Shown here piece after piece: positions 24,263 through 34,065 of a stretch of DNA of 64,000 nt. The notes beneath the pieces were generated by a model. The model was given only the letters and a program-made list of their open reading frames with translations. It searched no databases and was not told the origin of the DNA. Position numbers and translations under genes: made by a program. How positions within the stretch are numbered: position 1 is the first letter of the stretch; the number at the start of each line of letters is the position of its first letter. The stretch lies in NCBI GenBank assembly GCA_947627235.1, contig CANQVG010000009.1:2376-66375 (forward strand). Direction: 5' to 3'. Source of the DNA: an uncultured Clostridia bacterium (GTDB taxonomy: Bacteria > Bacillota > Clostridia > Oscillospirales > Ruminococcaceae).

Positions 24263-27181
24263 GTGAAAGACAAAATGTTCAGGCGTCTGGTGTCGCTCGT
24301 TCTGGTTTTGGCGATGACAGTGCCGACATTGGGAACTGTTTACGCGGACGACAGCGCGTCTGCGGCCGCACAGCCCGTCAGAGAAACATCGGCGCAGTCG
24401 CTTGACGACGAAAACAGAGCCCGCACCTACAGCACCTATTATGACAAGCACGTAGACGACCCGAGACCTAGCGGTCAGTTCGTCATTAAGGGAACCGACT
24501 ATGTATCGGTTTCGGATGATTCCGGAGCCTACGTCGGCGAACTTGAGGGCAGAGAGGCGCTTATATGGCCCGAGGCTACCGGCACAGTGGAATATACTGT
24601 TAATATCGACACTGCCGGAGTTTACGCGATGAAGATGGATTACTGCGCCATTCCGAGCGCGGCGAACAATATCGAGTTCGGCGTGCTGATAGACGGCGAA
24701 AGCCCGTTCGACACCGCGACCCGTATCTCGCTCAGCAAGGTATGGGTAGGTTCGGAGAAGTCGTATGAATACGACGATGCCGGTAATCGCGTCTTTAAGA
24801 AAGACTCCCACGGCAACCAGATAAGACCTACCCTCGCCGAGGGCAGCGGTTGGCAGACCTCTTACTTCAAGGACGGCGACGGTCTGTTTATCGGCCCTCT
24901 GGGCTTCCACTTCACAAAGGGTACTCACACCATCACAATAACCTCCGAAAAAGCGAGATTCGCCATCGGTGAAATCGTGATAGGCAACCCCGAAGAGCTT
25001 AAGCCTGCCGCGAGCGCAGAAAACGTTACCGCGGATGAATCCAAGGCGTCGCAGTCTACCGGAATCTTCGTCTCGATTGAGGGCGAGGATCCCCTGAGCG
25101 CGTCAGATATCACACTTTATCCCACCTACGACCGTTCTACATACCTGACCTCCCCTTCCGACCCCACCAAGATGATTTACAACACCATCGGCAAGGAAAA
25201 CTGGAAGGATTCGGGTCAGAGCGTAACTTGGAATTTCAAGATGGATAAAGCCGGCTGGGTCAAGATAGGCATAAGAGCCAAGCAGGACCAGATGCGCGGT
25301 CTCTATTCCAACCGTACCCTTTACATCGACGGAAAGATCCCCTGCAAGGAAGCGGAACAGATTAAGTTCTACTACTCTACTGTCTGGGATTGCGTATCTC
25401 CCACCGATGCCGACGGCAACGTCCTTTACTTCTATCTTGACGCCGGCGACCACACCCTCACCCTTGAGGCTATGCCGGGAGAGATAGGCGATATCATGCG
25501 TCAGCTTGACGACATCGTCTATTATCTCAACAGCTATTACAGACAGATACTCCAGATAACCAGTCCGTCCCCCGACGAAAACAATACATATATGGTTCAC
25601 AAGCAGATCAACGGTCTTCTTGAGGACTTTGAAAAGTATGCAAATCTTCTTCGCAGCCTTAAGTCGGAGATAGAGGTTCTCGCAGGAACCGAGGGTACCG
25701 AGGCGGTTTCGCTCGATACTATGGCGAAGCTTCTCGAAAGGCTTGTAAAGCGTCCCGACGACATTCCGAGCTGTCTGGGTCAGATAAAGGATAATATTTC
25801 ATCCCTTTCTCAGTGGATGACCGACTACAGAAGCCAGTATCTCGAGGTCGACGTTATCGAGCTTGTCTCTGCCGACAACGATTTCAGCCCTGTCAAGGAA
25901 AAGGGCTTGCAACAGCTCAAGTTCAGCTTCCTTTCTTTCATCGGCTCCTTCTTCGAGGATTACAACGTCCTTTCGGACGAGGATAAATCCGCCCTCAACG
26001 TCTGGGTTTCGCTCGGACGCGATCAGGCGCAGATAGTCAAAGAGCTCGTCGATTCCTACTTTGTCGAGGATACCGGAATAGCGGTCAGCATCAACCTTGT
26101 TCAGGGCGGTATACTTGAATCCACCCTCGCAGGCAAGGGACCTGACGTCGTACTCTTCGTCGGAGGCGACCTCCCGATTCAGCTCGCTGCCCGTGACGTT
26201 TTGGTCGATATCTCCAAGTTCCCCGACTACAAGGAGGTCACAAAGAGATTCGCGCCCAACGTTATGACGCTCTACACTTATCAGGACGGCGTCTACGGTC
26301 TGCCCATTTCTCAGGGCTTCTCGATGATGTTCACCCGCGACGATATCCTCCAGTCCTTCGGCTTTGAAAAGGGTCCGGACACTTGGACGGAGCTTATTGA
26401 TATGCTTCCTACTTTCCAGAGAAGCTATATGGGCGTCGGCTTTAATTTCGACGTCTTCGGAACCTTTATGGTTCAGCGCAATATGGGCTACTACAACTCT
26501 AACAAGACCCAGACGATATTCGATTCTCAGCCGGCGGTAGAGGCGTTCGAGATGTGGACCAAGTTCTACACCACCTACAGCTTCGAGCAGACGTTTGACC
26601 AGTTCACACGTTTCCGCACCGGTGAGTATCCGATAATCATTACCGGCTATACTTTCTATAACCAGCTCTATATGGCGGCTCCCGAAATCCGCGGTCTTTG
26701 GAGCTTCAACCTCATCCCCGGCACTCTCGAGGAGGACGGCACACTTAACCGCTCCACCACCTCTTCTTCTTCCGGCGGAATCATCTTCTCCAAGCTTAGC
26801 GAGGAACAGCAGGCAGATGCTTGGGAGCTTATCAAATGGTTCACCAGCGCCGAGACGCAGTCGGAATACGGCCGCTCGATAGAGGCTCTGCTCGGTCCTC
26901 TCGGACGATTCGACACCGCCAACGTCGAGGCTCTCGGTCAGCTTGCTTGGAGTCAGTCGGAGCTTGCGCTTATCCACGAACAGATGAGCTACACCGTGGA
27001 TATAGACATAATCCCCGCGACATATATCGTAACGAGAGGCATTACCAACGCTTTCAGAGAGACGGTAAACCTCAGTACGAACCCGCGCGATACACTCATT
27101 CAGTATAACCGCGATACAAACGATGAAATCATCAGAAAATATGAGGAACTCGGTATAGATATCGAGATTCCGGAGGAATAA
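24263..27181 (+). CDS. 972-aa secreted fusion: two CBM6/35-like modules + helical region + family-1 extracellular solute-binding domain
   Basis: GTG start with an AAAGGTGGA RBS. The signal peptide ends VYA/DD and has no lipobox Cys. CBM-like blocks are GTVEYTVNIDTAGVYAMKMDYCAIP and SIEGEDP...SVTWNFKMDKAGWVKIGIRAKQ. The C-terminal ~400 aa resemble a sugar SBP (LNVWVSLGRDQAQIVKELV...YQDGVYGLPISQ). Confidence 0.65.
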   Translation: MKDKMFRRLVSLVLVLAMTVPTLGTVYADDSASAAAQPVRETSAQSLDDENRARTYSTYYDKHVDDPRPSGQFVIKGTDYVSVSDDSGAYVGELEGREALIWPEATGTVEYTVNIDTAGVYAMKMDYCAIPSAANNIEFGVLIDGESPFDTATRISLSKVWVGSEKSYEYDDAGNRVFKKDSHGNQIRPTLAEGSGWQTSYFKDGDGLFIGPLGFHFTKGTHTITITSEKARFAIGEIVIGNPEELKPAASAENVTADESKASQSTGIFVSIEGEDPLSASDITLYPTYDRSTYLTSPSDPTKMIYNTIGKENWKDSGQSVTWNFKMDKAGWVKIGIRAKQDQMRGLYSNRTLYIDGKIPCKEAEQIKFYYSTVWDCVSPTDADGNVLYFYLDAGDHTLTLEAMPGEIGDIMRQLDDIVYYLNSYYRQILQITSPSPDENNTYMVHKQINGLLEDFEKYANLLRSLKSEIEVLAGTEGTEAVSLDTMAKLLERLVKRPDDIPSCLGQIKDNISSLSQWMTDYRSQYLEVDVIELVSADNDFSPVKEKGLQQLKFSFLSFIGSFFEDYNVLSDEDKSALNVWVSLGRDQAQIVKELVDSYFVEDTGIAVSINLVQGGILESTLAGKGPDVVLFVGGDLPIQLAARDVLVDISKFPDYKEVTKRFAPNVMTLYTYQDGVYGLPISQGFSMMFTRDDILQSFGFEKGPDTWTELIDMLPTFQRSYMGVGFNFDVFGTFMVQRNMGYYNSNKTQTIFDSQPAVEAFEMWTKFYTTYSFEQTFDQFTRFRTGEYPIIITGYTFYNQLYMAAPEIRGLWSFNLIPGTLEEDGTLNRSTTSSSSGGIIFSKLSEEQQADAWELIKWFTSAETQSEYGRSIEALLGPLGRFDTANVEALGQLAWSQSELALIHEQMSYTVDIDIIPATYIVTRGITNAFRETVNLSTNPRDTLIQYNRDTNDEIIRKYEELGIDIEIPEE

Positions 27182-27197
27182 GGAGGGAGGAATAAAT

Positions 27198-28145
27198 ATG
27201 GCAAAGGAAAAAACCGCAGAAAGAAAGAAGCCCATTGAACCGGGCAGCTGGCGCCACACTCTCCACGAAATGAAGATGAATCAGGCGTGCTACTGGATGA
27301 TGCTTCCTTTCTTCGCACTCTTCACATTCTTCACAGTCATACCGGTCGTCATGTCACTGCCTCTCGGTCTGACCAGCTTCAACCTCGTTCAGTTCCCGCG
27401 CTACATAGGTCTTCAGAATTTCTATTCGCTCTTCGTAAACGACGACGTCTTCCTTATAGCTGTAAAGAATACGCTCATCTTTGCGATATTCACGGGTCCG
27501 TTCTCCTATGTGCTCAGCTTTATACTCGCGTGGCTCATTAACGAGATGAATCCTTTCCTGAAGGTATTCTTCACCTTCGTCTTCTATGCCCCGTCGATGA
27601 CCCCGTCGGCATTCGTTATCTGGCAGCTCGTCTTCTCGGGCGACTCCTACGGATACCTTAACTCGGTGCTTCTCGACCTCGGCATAATCAACACCGCCAA
27701 ACAATGGCTTACCGACGTTACCTATATGATGACAGTTGTCATCATAGTCCAGCTTTGGACTTCAATGGGCGCGGGCTTCCTTGCTCTGCGCGCCGGATTC
27801 CAGGGAATCGACACCTCGCTTTACGAGGCGGGCGCCATCGAAGGAATCCAGAACCGGTTCCAGGAGCTGTTTACCATCACAATCCCCGCGATGGGTCCCT
27901 CGCTTCTGTTCGCCGCCGTTCTTGCGATTTCCGGAGCGTTTACTGTCGGCTCGGTCGGCGCTGCCCTCTGCGGAATGCCGTCTACCGCCTACGCGGTTCA
28001 CACCATTATGAACCACGCGCAGGACTACGGCTCAATACGTTACGAGATGGGTTACGCCTCGGCAATATGCTTCGTACTGTTCGCGGTAATGCTTATATGC
28101 AATAAGATAATCCGCGGAGTGCTGAGCAAATACACCGATAACTAA
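27198..28145 (+). CDS. carbohydrate ABC transporter permease (MalF/LplB-like)
   Basis: 315 aa with six TM segments and an EAA-loop context (YEAGAIEGIQNRFQELFTITIP). Confidence 0.85.
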   Translation: MAKEKTAERKKPIEPGSWRHTLHEMKMNQACYWMMLPFFALFTFFTVIPVVMSLPLGLTSFNLVQFPRYIGLQNFYSLFVNDDVFLIAVKNTLIFAIFTGPFSYVLSFILAWLINEMNPFLKVFFTFVFYAPSMTPSAFVIWQLVFSGDSYGYLNSVLLDLGIINTAKQWLTDVTYMMTVVIIVQLWTSMGAGFLALRAGFQGIDTSLYEAGAIEGIQNRFQELFTITIPAMGPSLLFAAVLAISGAFTVGSVGAALCGMPSTAYAVHTIMNHAQDYGSIRYEMGYASAICFVLFAVMLICNKIIRGVLSKYTDN

Positions 28146-28160
28146 AGGAGGGGAATATAA

Positions 28161-29138
28161 ATGGCTGAAACTTTAGTAAACAACGCCGCGATTACCGACT
28201 CGCTTGAAGCCGAGAACGCAAAGGCGTTAAAGAGGCTGAGAAAGCGTCAGAAGAAAAGAGGAAGCATAGAAAAAGCGAAAGTCAAGAAGTCAAAGGGCAA
28301 GCACATAAACGGCTCCCTCGGCGGCGATATCGCGATATTCATTCTCCTTGCGCTTCTGGGAATTTTCATGCTCTTCCCGCTCTATTATTCGATAATCCAG
28401 TCTTTCAAACCGATAAGCGAGCTGTTCGTATTCCCGCCCAAGCTCTACGTGCTTTCTCCTACGGGAGAAAACTTCTCGAACCTCTTTAAAGTTGCGGGCA
28501 ACCTCTGGGTTCCGTTCTCGAGATACGTGTTCAACTCGGTGTTCATCACCATAGTCATCACGCTTATGCACGTGTTCGTAGTTTGCTGCTGCGCATACTG
28601 CCTCTCGAAGTGCCGCTTCCCGGGATACAACTTCCTTAACCAGCTCATCGTAACCTCGATGCTCTTCACTTCGACCGCGACGTGGATTATGCAGTTCGTC
28701 GTTATGGCGAAAATGCATATGATCAATACCTACTGGGCGCTGATTCTTCCTTCCGTCGCCACTTCGATGGGACTTTACCTGATGCGTCAGAATATGTCGA
28801 CCATCAACGACGCCATAATCGACGCGGCAAAGGTCGACGGCGCGGGCGCGTTCCGCACCTGCTGGCAGGTTGTCATACCCAACCAGAAGCCTGCTATCGC
28901 AACCCTGATAATCTTCGTCTTCCAGGGCGCTTGGAACGTTCAGGGCGGCGCGCTGGTCTACAAAGAAGACCTCAAGACCCTGCCGACAATTATGTCGCAG
29001 ATAGCGGCCTCGGGTATCGCGAGACAGGGCATTATCTACGCATCCGCCGTCGTACTTATGATTCCTCCGCTTGTCATATTCCTCATTGCCCAGAGCAACG
29101 TTATGGAAACCATGGCCAACTCAGGTATGAAGGATTGA
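28161..29138 (+). CDS. carbohydrate ABC transporter permease (MalG-like) with ~55-aa basic N-terminal tail
   Basis: 325 aa. The EAA loop is IDAAKVDGAGAFRTCWQVVIP. The N-terminus is ...KALKRLRKRQKKRGSIEKAKVKKSKGK. Confidence 0.85.
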   Translation: MAETLVNNAAITDSLEAENAKALKRLRKRQKKRGSIEKAKVKKSKGKHINGSLGGDIAIFILLALLGIFMLFPLYYSIIQSFKPISELFVFPPKLYVLSPTGENFSNLFKVAGNLWVPFSRYVFNSVFITIVITLMHVFVVCCCAYCLSKCRFPGYNFLNQLIVTSMLFTSTATWIMQFVVMAKMHMINTYWALILPSVATSMGLYLMRQNMSTINDAIIDAAKVDGAGAFRTCWQVVIPNQKPAIATLIIFVFQGAWNVQGGALVYKEDLKTLPTIMSQIAASGIARQGIIYASAVVLMIPPLVIFLIAQSNVMETMANSGMKD

Positions 29139-29175
29139 TTCTTAAAACCAAAAATACAAAGAAAGGTGATAAGCG

Positions 29176-30846
29176 GTGAGAAAAATGAAAATCAAAAAGC
29201 TACTTAGTATACTGCTCGCTGCGGTTCTTGCCGTTATTATGATGTCGGCAACAGTAAGCGCGGTCGACCCGTATACCACATACAACTACGACGCTTGGTC
29301 CAACGCAATTCCCTCGCAGGCGGGCTATGAGGTAATAGCCACCTATAACGCGGGTACTATGCATCTTGAGCAGCTTTCCGACCCCGAGAGCGAGTTATTC
29401 ATCAGCGAAAATGAGCCGGCAAACCTGTCGGATATGAAGGACTTCTTCCTCTCGCCCAACAACGAATTTTATATAGTAGATACCGGCAACAACCGTGTAA
29501 TCAAAACCGACCTTGAATTTAACCTTCTTGCGTGCTACAAGACCTTCCCCGGAAGCACTTCAAAGCATATAGTGATTGACGAAGAAGGCAACGAAGTCGA
29601 GGTCGACGCCGATGAGCTCAAGTCTCCGTACGGAATCTTCGTCGACGAGAACGACGTAATGTATATCGCCGATAAAGACAATCAGCGCATAGTAAAGTGC
29701 GTTGAGGAGACAAAGACGAGCGCGAGAATACTCAACGAGTACTACCGTCCGGATACCGAGCTTTACGACTCAGTTTCATTCTACTGCACCAAGGTTCTGG
29801 TAGACGCCGCGAAGAACGTCTATGTAATCTGCCCCGCGGTCAACAAGGGCGCTATCATGTTCTCCGATTCCGGCTCTTTCATCGGCTACTACGGCGCCAA
29901 CCGAGTTGAGGTTACGGCCGAGGTCATAAGAAACAAGATCTGGAGAAAGATAGCCTCGGAAGAGCAGCTTGCCTCTCTGATAAGGACTACGCCTGTCGAA
30001 TACGCCAACTTCGATATTGATAAGGAAGGCTTCATCTGGACCGTAACCGAGGTCGCCAACGCCACTACCGACGCCGTCAAAAAGATGAACCCCGCAGGCT
30101 ACAACATCCTTGAAAGAACTGCCGACAATAACCAGTTCGGCGATCAGGTGTCTGTAACCTACAACGGCTCCACCTACGCCACCCGTCTGACAGATATATC
30201 TGTGTCGGACGAGGGATTTGTCAACATTCTCGACTACACCTCGGGCAGAATCTTCCAGTATGACGAACGCTGCAATCAGCTTCTGATATTCGGTTTCGAT
30301 CAAGAAGAACAGCGCGGCGGCTTCTACAACCCCAACGCCATTGAATCCTACGGAGACAATATATACATCCTCGACGGCAGAAACAACGATATCACGGTCT
30401 TCGGTCTGACCGAGTTCGGCAGATATGTACACGAAGCGATTGCGCTTCACAACAAGGGCCTTTACGAGGAAGCGTATGACATCTGGCAGGAGGTTCTCAA
30501 GCGCGACGGCGGCTACTATATGGCGCTCGTCGGAACCGCCAAGGCTCTCTACAATCAGGGCGATTACGAAGGCGCTATGAAATACTCGAAGCTCGCCTTC
30601 ACGGATACCGACTACGACAAGGCTTTTGAAGCCAACCGTCAGGAATCCCTAAGAAAGAACTTCACACTCTACGTTGTCATAATAATAATCGTTGCCATTG
30701 CGTGGATCACGATAAACATTCTCAAGAAAAAGAAAAAGATTCCCGAAAAGCTTATAGCTACGGGCGTTTCCAAAGTCGCTGAAAAGGGCAAAACCTTGAT
30801 TCAGAATATTGCAGAAAACGCTAAGAAAGGGGGCAAGGGTAAATGA
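29176..30846 (+). CDS. type-I membrane protein: signal peptide, NHL-repeat beta-propeller, TPR, C-terminal TM and basic tail
   Basis: NHL-like repeats (FYIVDTGNNRVIKTD, MYIADKDNQRIVKC, IYILDGRNNDITVF). A TPR-like region (YEEAYDIWQEVLKRDGGYYMALVGTAKALYNQGDYEGAMKY). The TM is FTLYVVIIIIVAIAWITINIL, followed by KKKKK. Confidence 0.55.
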   Translation: MRKMKIKKLLSILLAAVLAVIMMSATVSAVDPYTTYNYDAWSNAIPSQAGYEVIATYNAGTMHLEQLSDPESELFISENEPANLSDMKDFFLSPNNEFYIVDTGNNRVIKTDLEFNLLACYKTFPGSTSKHIVIDEEGNEVEVDADELKSPYGIFVDENDVMYIADKDNQRIVKCVEETKTSARILNEYYRPDTELYDSVSFYCTKVLVDAAKNVYVICPAVNKGAIMFSDSGSFIGYYGANRVEVTAEVIRNKIWRKIASEEQLASLIRTTPVEYANFDIDKEGFIWTVTEVANATTDAVKKMNPAGYNILERTADNNQFGDQVSVTYNGSTYATRLTDISVSDEGFVNILDYTSGRIFQYDERCNQLLIFGFDQEEQRGGFYNPNAIESYGDNIYILDGRNNDITVFGLTEFGRYVHEAIALHNKGLYEEAYDIWQEVLKRDGGYYMALVGTAKALYNQGDYEGAMKYSKLAFTDTDYDKAFEANRQESLRKNFTLYVVIIIIVAIAWITINILKKKKKIPEKLIATGVSKVAEKGKTLIQNIAENAKKGGKGK

Positions 30847-31478
30847 TTTATGATATGAAACCGTGGCAATGGGTAAAGCACGTTATCTTCCACCCGACCG
30901 AGGGCTATGAGGATATGAGATGGAAAAAAGCCGGCTCGCTCAAAATCGCTTTCTTCATCGTTTTCCTGCTCTTCTGCTCTCAGGTATTCTCCTCGAGATA
31001 CGGCGGATTTGCCTATAATATGAAGGCTTATTCCGACGTGTTCAATATCGTCCCGATTCTCGTGCAGTCGGTTGCCTACTACGCCACATGGGTAGTCGCC
31101 AACTGGAGTATCTGCACCCTGTTCGACGGCGAGGGAAATATGCGCAGAGTAGCCATTTACACAGCATACGCTCTGGTTCCGTACATCGTCTGCAACTTCC
31201 TTGCGACCCTTGTATCCTACGGAATCACACTCGACGAAAGCATCTGGTATACCGCGATATCCCAGCTCGGACTGTGGTGGTCGGTGATTCTGATGGTCTT
31301 CGGAATGAAGGCGTGCCATCAGTACAGCTTCACAATGACCATCGTAAGTATGATTTGCACCGTGCTCGGTATGGTGCTTATCCTCTGCCTGTTGGCACTG
31401 GTTATGTCGCTCTTCCAGCAGGTATATGTTTTCTTCGTAACGATTTACACCGAAATACTCTACAGAGTTAGAAGCTGA
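30843..31478 (+). CDS. Yip1-domain-like polytopic membrane protein
   Basis: 211 aa with about five TM segments and a 4-nt ATGA overlap with the upstream gene. The sequence pattern resembles bacterial YIP1 family proteins; this is from recall, not a search. Confidence 0.5.
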   Translation: MIYDMKPWQWVKHVIFHPTEGYEDMRWKKAGSLKIAFFIVFLLFCSQVFSSRYGGFAYNMKAYSDVFNIVPILVQSVAYYATWVVANWSICTLFDGEGNMRRVAIYTAYALVPYIVCNFLATLVSYGITLDESIWYTAISQLGLWWSVILMVFGMKACHQYSFTMTIVSMICTVLGMVLILCLLALVMSLFQQVYVFFVTIYTEILYRVRS

Positions 31479-31500
31479 CACAGCAGAAAGTGAGTAAATT

Positions 31501-34065
31501 ATGAAAAACGTATTTCTAAGATTACTGGCTTGCCTGCTTGCGGCGGCAATCCTGATATCAGTAGCGGCAATTCCCGCTTTTGCCGATGAAAACGAAGCGG
31601 GCGCGGACGCTCAGGCAGATTCTGCCGATGTCCCCGAAGAAGAAGCCGACGGTGAAGAAAACGCTCCTGCCGACGGGGAAACCCCTCCGGTCGGAGAAGG
31701 TGAAGAACCCGCCGACGGCGAAGCTCCGGCTGAAAACGGCGAAGCTCCCGAAGGCAGCGAAGAAACCCCTGCGGACGGTGAAGAAGCTCCCGCAGAGGAC
31801 GAAGCTCCTGCCGATGAGACAGTAGGCGAGGAAGGAAGCGATTTCGAAGCCACGTCGGCTCTCATCACCGACGAGGAGGCTATGGCTTCCTGCCAGGTAG
31901 CAGCCGAGAACGACAGCTTTATCCTCTACTACGACCCCGGAGTTGAGGACGCGGAAATAGAAAGAATCGGAATTTATGTCAAGTCTACCGGCGAGATTAT
32001 CTGGACCAACCCGATAAACGCGCTCGCCGACAGCTCCACCGAAAAGTCGAGCCTCCGTGAAAACCGTCTCTCCAATATTTCCTACAAGTACGGCAACGCC
32101 ACCGACCTTATCACCTCCTCGGCGTTCCTGTACTCATACCGTCAGTCCACCTCACGCGGCAATACCAAAATGGAACCCGTAGACGGCGGACTCAAGGTCA
32201 CCTACAGGCTCCAGACCGCAAACGCCACCGTTCCCGTATACTTTATGCTTGAGGACGGTTACATCGACGTCTACGTCAACACCAACGAGATAAAGGAATC
32301 CAGCGGTTACGACCCGGAGATCGAGGACGACCAGTCGAAATCAAGCGACACCATTATCCTCACCGAGCTGGGTATTCTGCCCTATGTCGGCGCAGCCACA
32401 ACCGACGATGAAGGCTATATGCTTATCCCCGACGGTTCCGGCGCGGTTATCAAGCTCAATAACGGAAAGGGCAATTATTCGGATTATTCCCAGCCTGTCT
32501 ACGGGCGCGACATTACTCAGGTAAGAGAAAACGCTCCCGACCAGACTGAGCAGTCGAATCTTCCGGTAATGGCAATGGTCAAGGGCAAGACCGGTCTTGT
32601 CACGATAGCCGCCTACGGCGACACTTTCGCCAACGCGAACGCCTCGGTTGCCTATTCCAAGAGCGAGAACTCGTGGTATAATAACTGCTACTTTTCCTTT
32701 ACGCTCCGCTCAAACGACAACTACTATATGACCGGTGATTCCACCGCGATCATAGTCTTTGAAAAGGGCGACGGAACTATAGGCGTACCGAAGGTAGGCG
32801 TAAGGCTCTATCCCGTTGTTGCCAAGGGCGACACCGTCACCGTTGCTGAGATAGCCGACGTTTACAGAAACTACCTCATTGAGGAAAAGGGTCTTAAAAA
32901 GCAGGATTCGGCTTCCGAACCCGCGCTGTATATCGACTTCTATGGCGGCACCCGCAAGTCGAAGTCGATACTCGGTATCCCGATAGGACTCAAAACCGCC
33001 TTTACCTCCTTTAACGACGCCGCCGACATAGTCGCGCGTCTTCAGGAACTCGGAGTCGACAGTCTGGTTGTCAACTATAACGACTGGTCCGACGATTCGA
33101 TGGGCAAGAAGGTAGACACAGGTTCGTCGATAGCTTCCGTACTCGGCGGAAAGAGTGACTACAAGAAGATGCTCAAGGCGTTTTCCGATACCGGCGTCGA
33201 TTACTACGCCACCGTTTCGGGCATCACCTTCAGCTCTAACGGCAACGGCTTCTGGACTTTGTTCAACACCGCTTACAGAGTTTCAAAGTCCTATTCGAGA
33301 CAGTATACCTATAATATAGCCTACGGCACTCCCGACTCGGGTATAGCTCCCGCGCTTCTCAGCCCGAGGTCGATTGAAAAACTGTCGGAAAAAGTCACCA
33401 AGAACCTCGGAAAATATGAGCAGGGCGCAGGTCTCGGACTTGTTTCCAACACTCTCTGGAGTGACTTTTCCAATAAATACCGCACCAACCGTTATGCAAC
33501 CGCTCAGTACATAATCGACTACTATAAAGCGGCGGCAGAGTCGAACGGCAAGGTCATAGCGGACGCGCCGAATGCCTATATTATCCCGTATGTCAACAGA
33601 GTCAAAAACCTGACCCTCCAGTCGAGCCAGTTCAAGGTGAGCGACTACGATGTTCCGTTCTATCAGATGGTTCTTCACGGATATGTAGACTATGCTTCGG
33701 AAGCCGTGAACGGCACACCCGACACCACGGCGGCGGTTCTCAAGGCTATAGCGGCGGGCTCGAACATCCACTTTGATTTCATCAACGAAGACGCGACCGA
33801 GCTTGTCAATACCGATTATGTAGACCTGTTCTACTGCACCGCTAACGGATGGCTCGACGAAGCAGCCGGAGCATACAAGCTCGTCAAAGAGGTTCTGACT
33901 CCTGCCACAGGCGCTACCATTACCGATTACACCGTTGACGGCAGTGTGATTACCACCACCTACTCCAACGGCTATAAGACCGTTGTTGATCTCGGCGCCG
34001 GAAACATAACCGCCGGCGGCAAGACCTATAACTACACCGAATACGTCAAAGGAGGTAAGGACTAA
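31501..34065 (+). CDS. 854-aa secreted protein with acidic low-complexity linker; DUF5696-like (from recall)
   Basis: The signal peptide ends AFA/DE. Residues ~30-115 are E/A/P/G/D-rich with a recurring PADGE motif, followed by a ~730-aa globular region. There is no anchor motif. Confidence 0.4.
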   Translation: MKNVFLRLLACLLAAAILISVAAIPAFADENEAGADAQADSADVPEEEADGEENAPADGETPPVGEGEEPADGEAPAENGEAPEGSEETPADGEEAPAEDEAPADETVGEEGSDFEATSALITDEEAMASCQVAAENDSFILYYDPGVEDAEIERIGIYVKSTGEIIWTNPINALADSSTEKSSLRENRLSNISYKYGNATDLITSSAFLYSYRQSTSRGNTKMEPVDGGLKVTYRLQTANATVPVYFMLEDGYIDVYVNTNEIKESSGYDPEIEDDQSKSSDTIILTELGILPYVGAATTDDEGYMLIPDGSGAVIKLNNGKGNYSDYSQPVYGRDITQVRENAPDQTEQSNLPVMAMVKGKTGLVTIAAYGDTFANANASVAYSKSENSWYNNCYFSFTLRSNDNYYMTGDSTAIIVFEKGDGTIGVPKVGVRLYPVVAKGDTVTVAEIADVYRNYLIEEKGLKKQDSASEPALYIDFYGGTRKSKSILGIPIGLKTAFTSFNDAADIVARLQELGVDSLVVNYNDWSDDSMGKKVDTGSSIASVLGGKSDYKKMLKAFSDTGVDYYATVSGITFSSNGNGFWTLFNTAYRVSKSYSRQYTYNIAYGTPDSGIAPALLSPRSIEKLSEKVTKNLGKYEQGAGLGLVSNTLWSDFSNKYRTNRYATAQYIIDYYKAAAESNGKVIADAPNAYIIPYVNRVKNLTLQSSQFKVSDYDVPFYQMVLHGYVDYASEAVNGTPDTTAAVLKAIAAGSNIHFDFINEDATELVNTDYVDLFYCTANGWLDEAAGAYKLVKEVLTPATGATITDYTVDGSVITTTYSNGYKTVVDLGAGNITAGGKTYNYTEYVKGGKD

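Noticed and set aside
25799-27259. 486-aa ORF antisense to the SBP-fusion gene (and similar antisense ORFs 23124-24197, 24209-24928, 25103-25600)
   Set aside because: These are shadow ORFs in a GC-rich coding region. They have no start context and low-complexity R/L/E-rich products, whereas the sense-strand products have clear ABC and SBP motifs.
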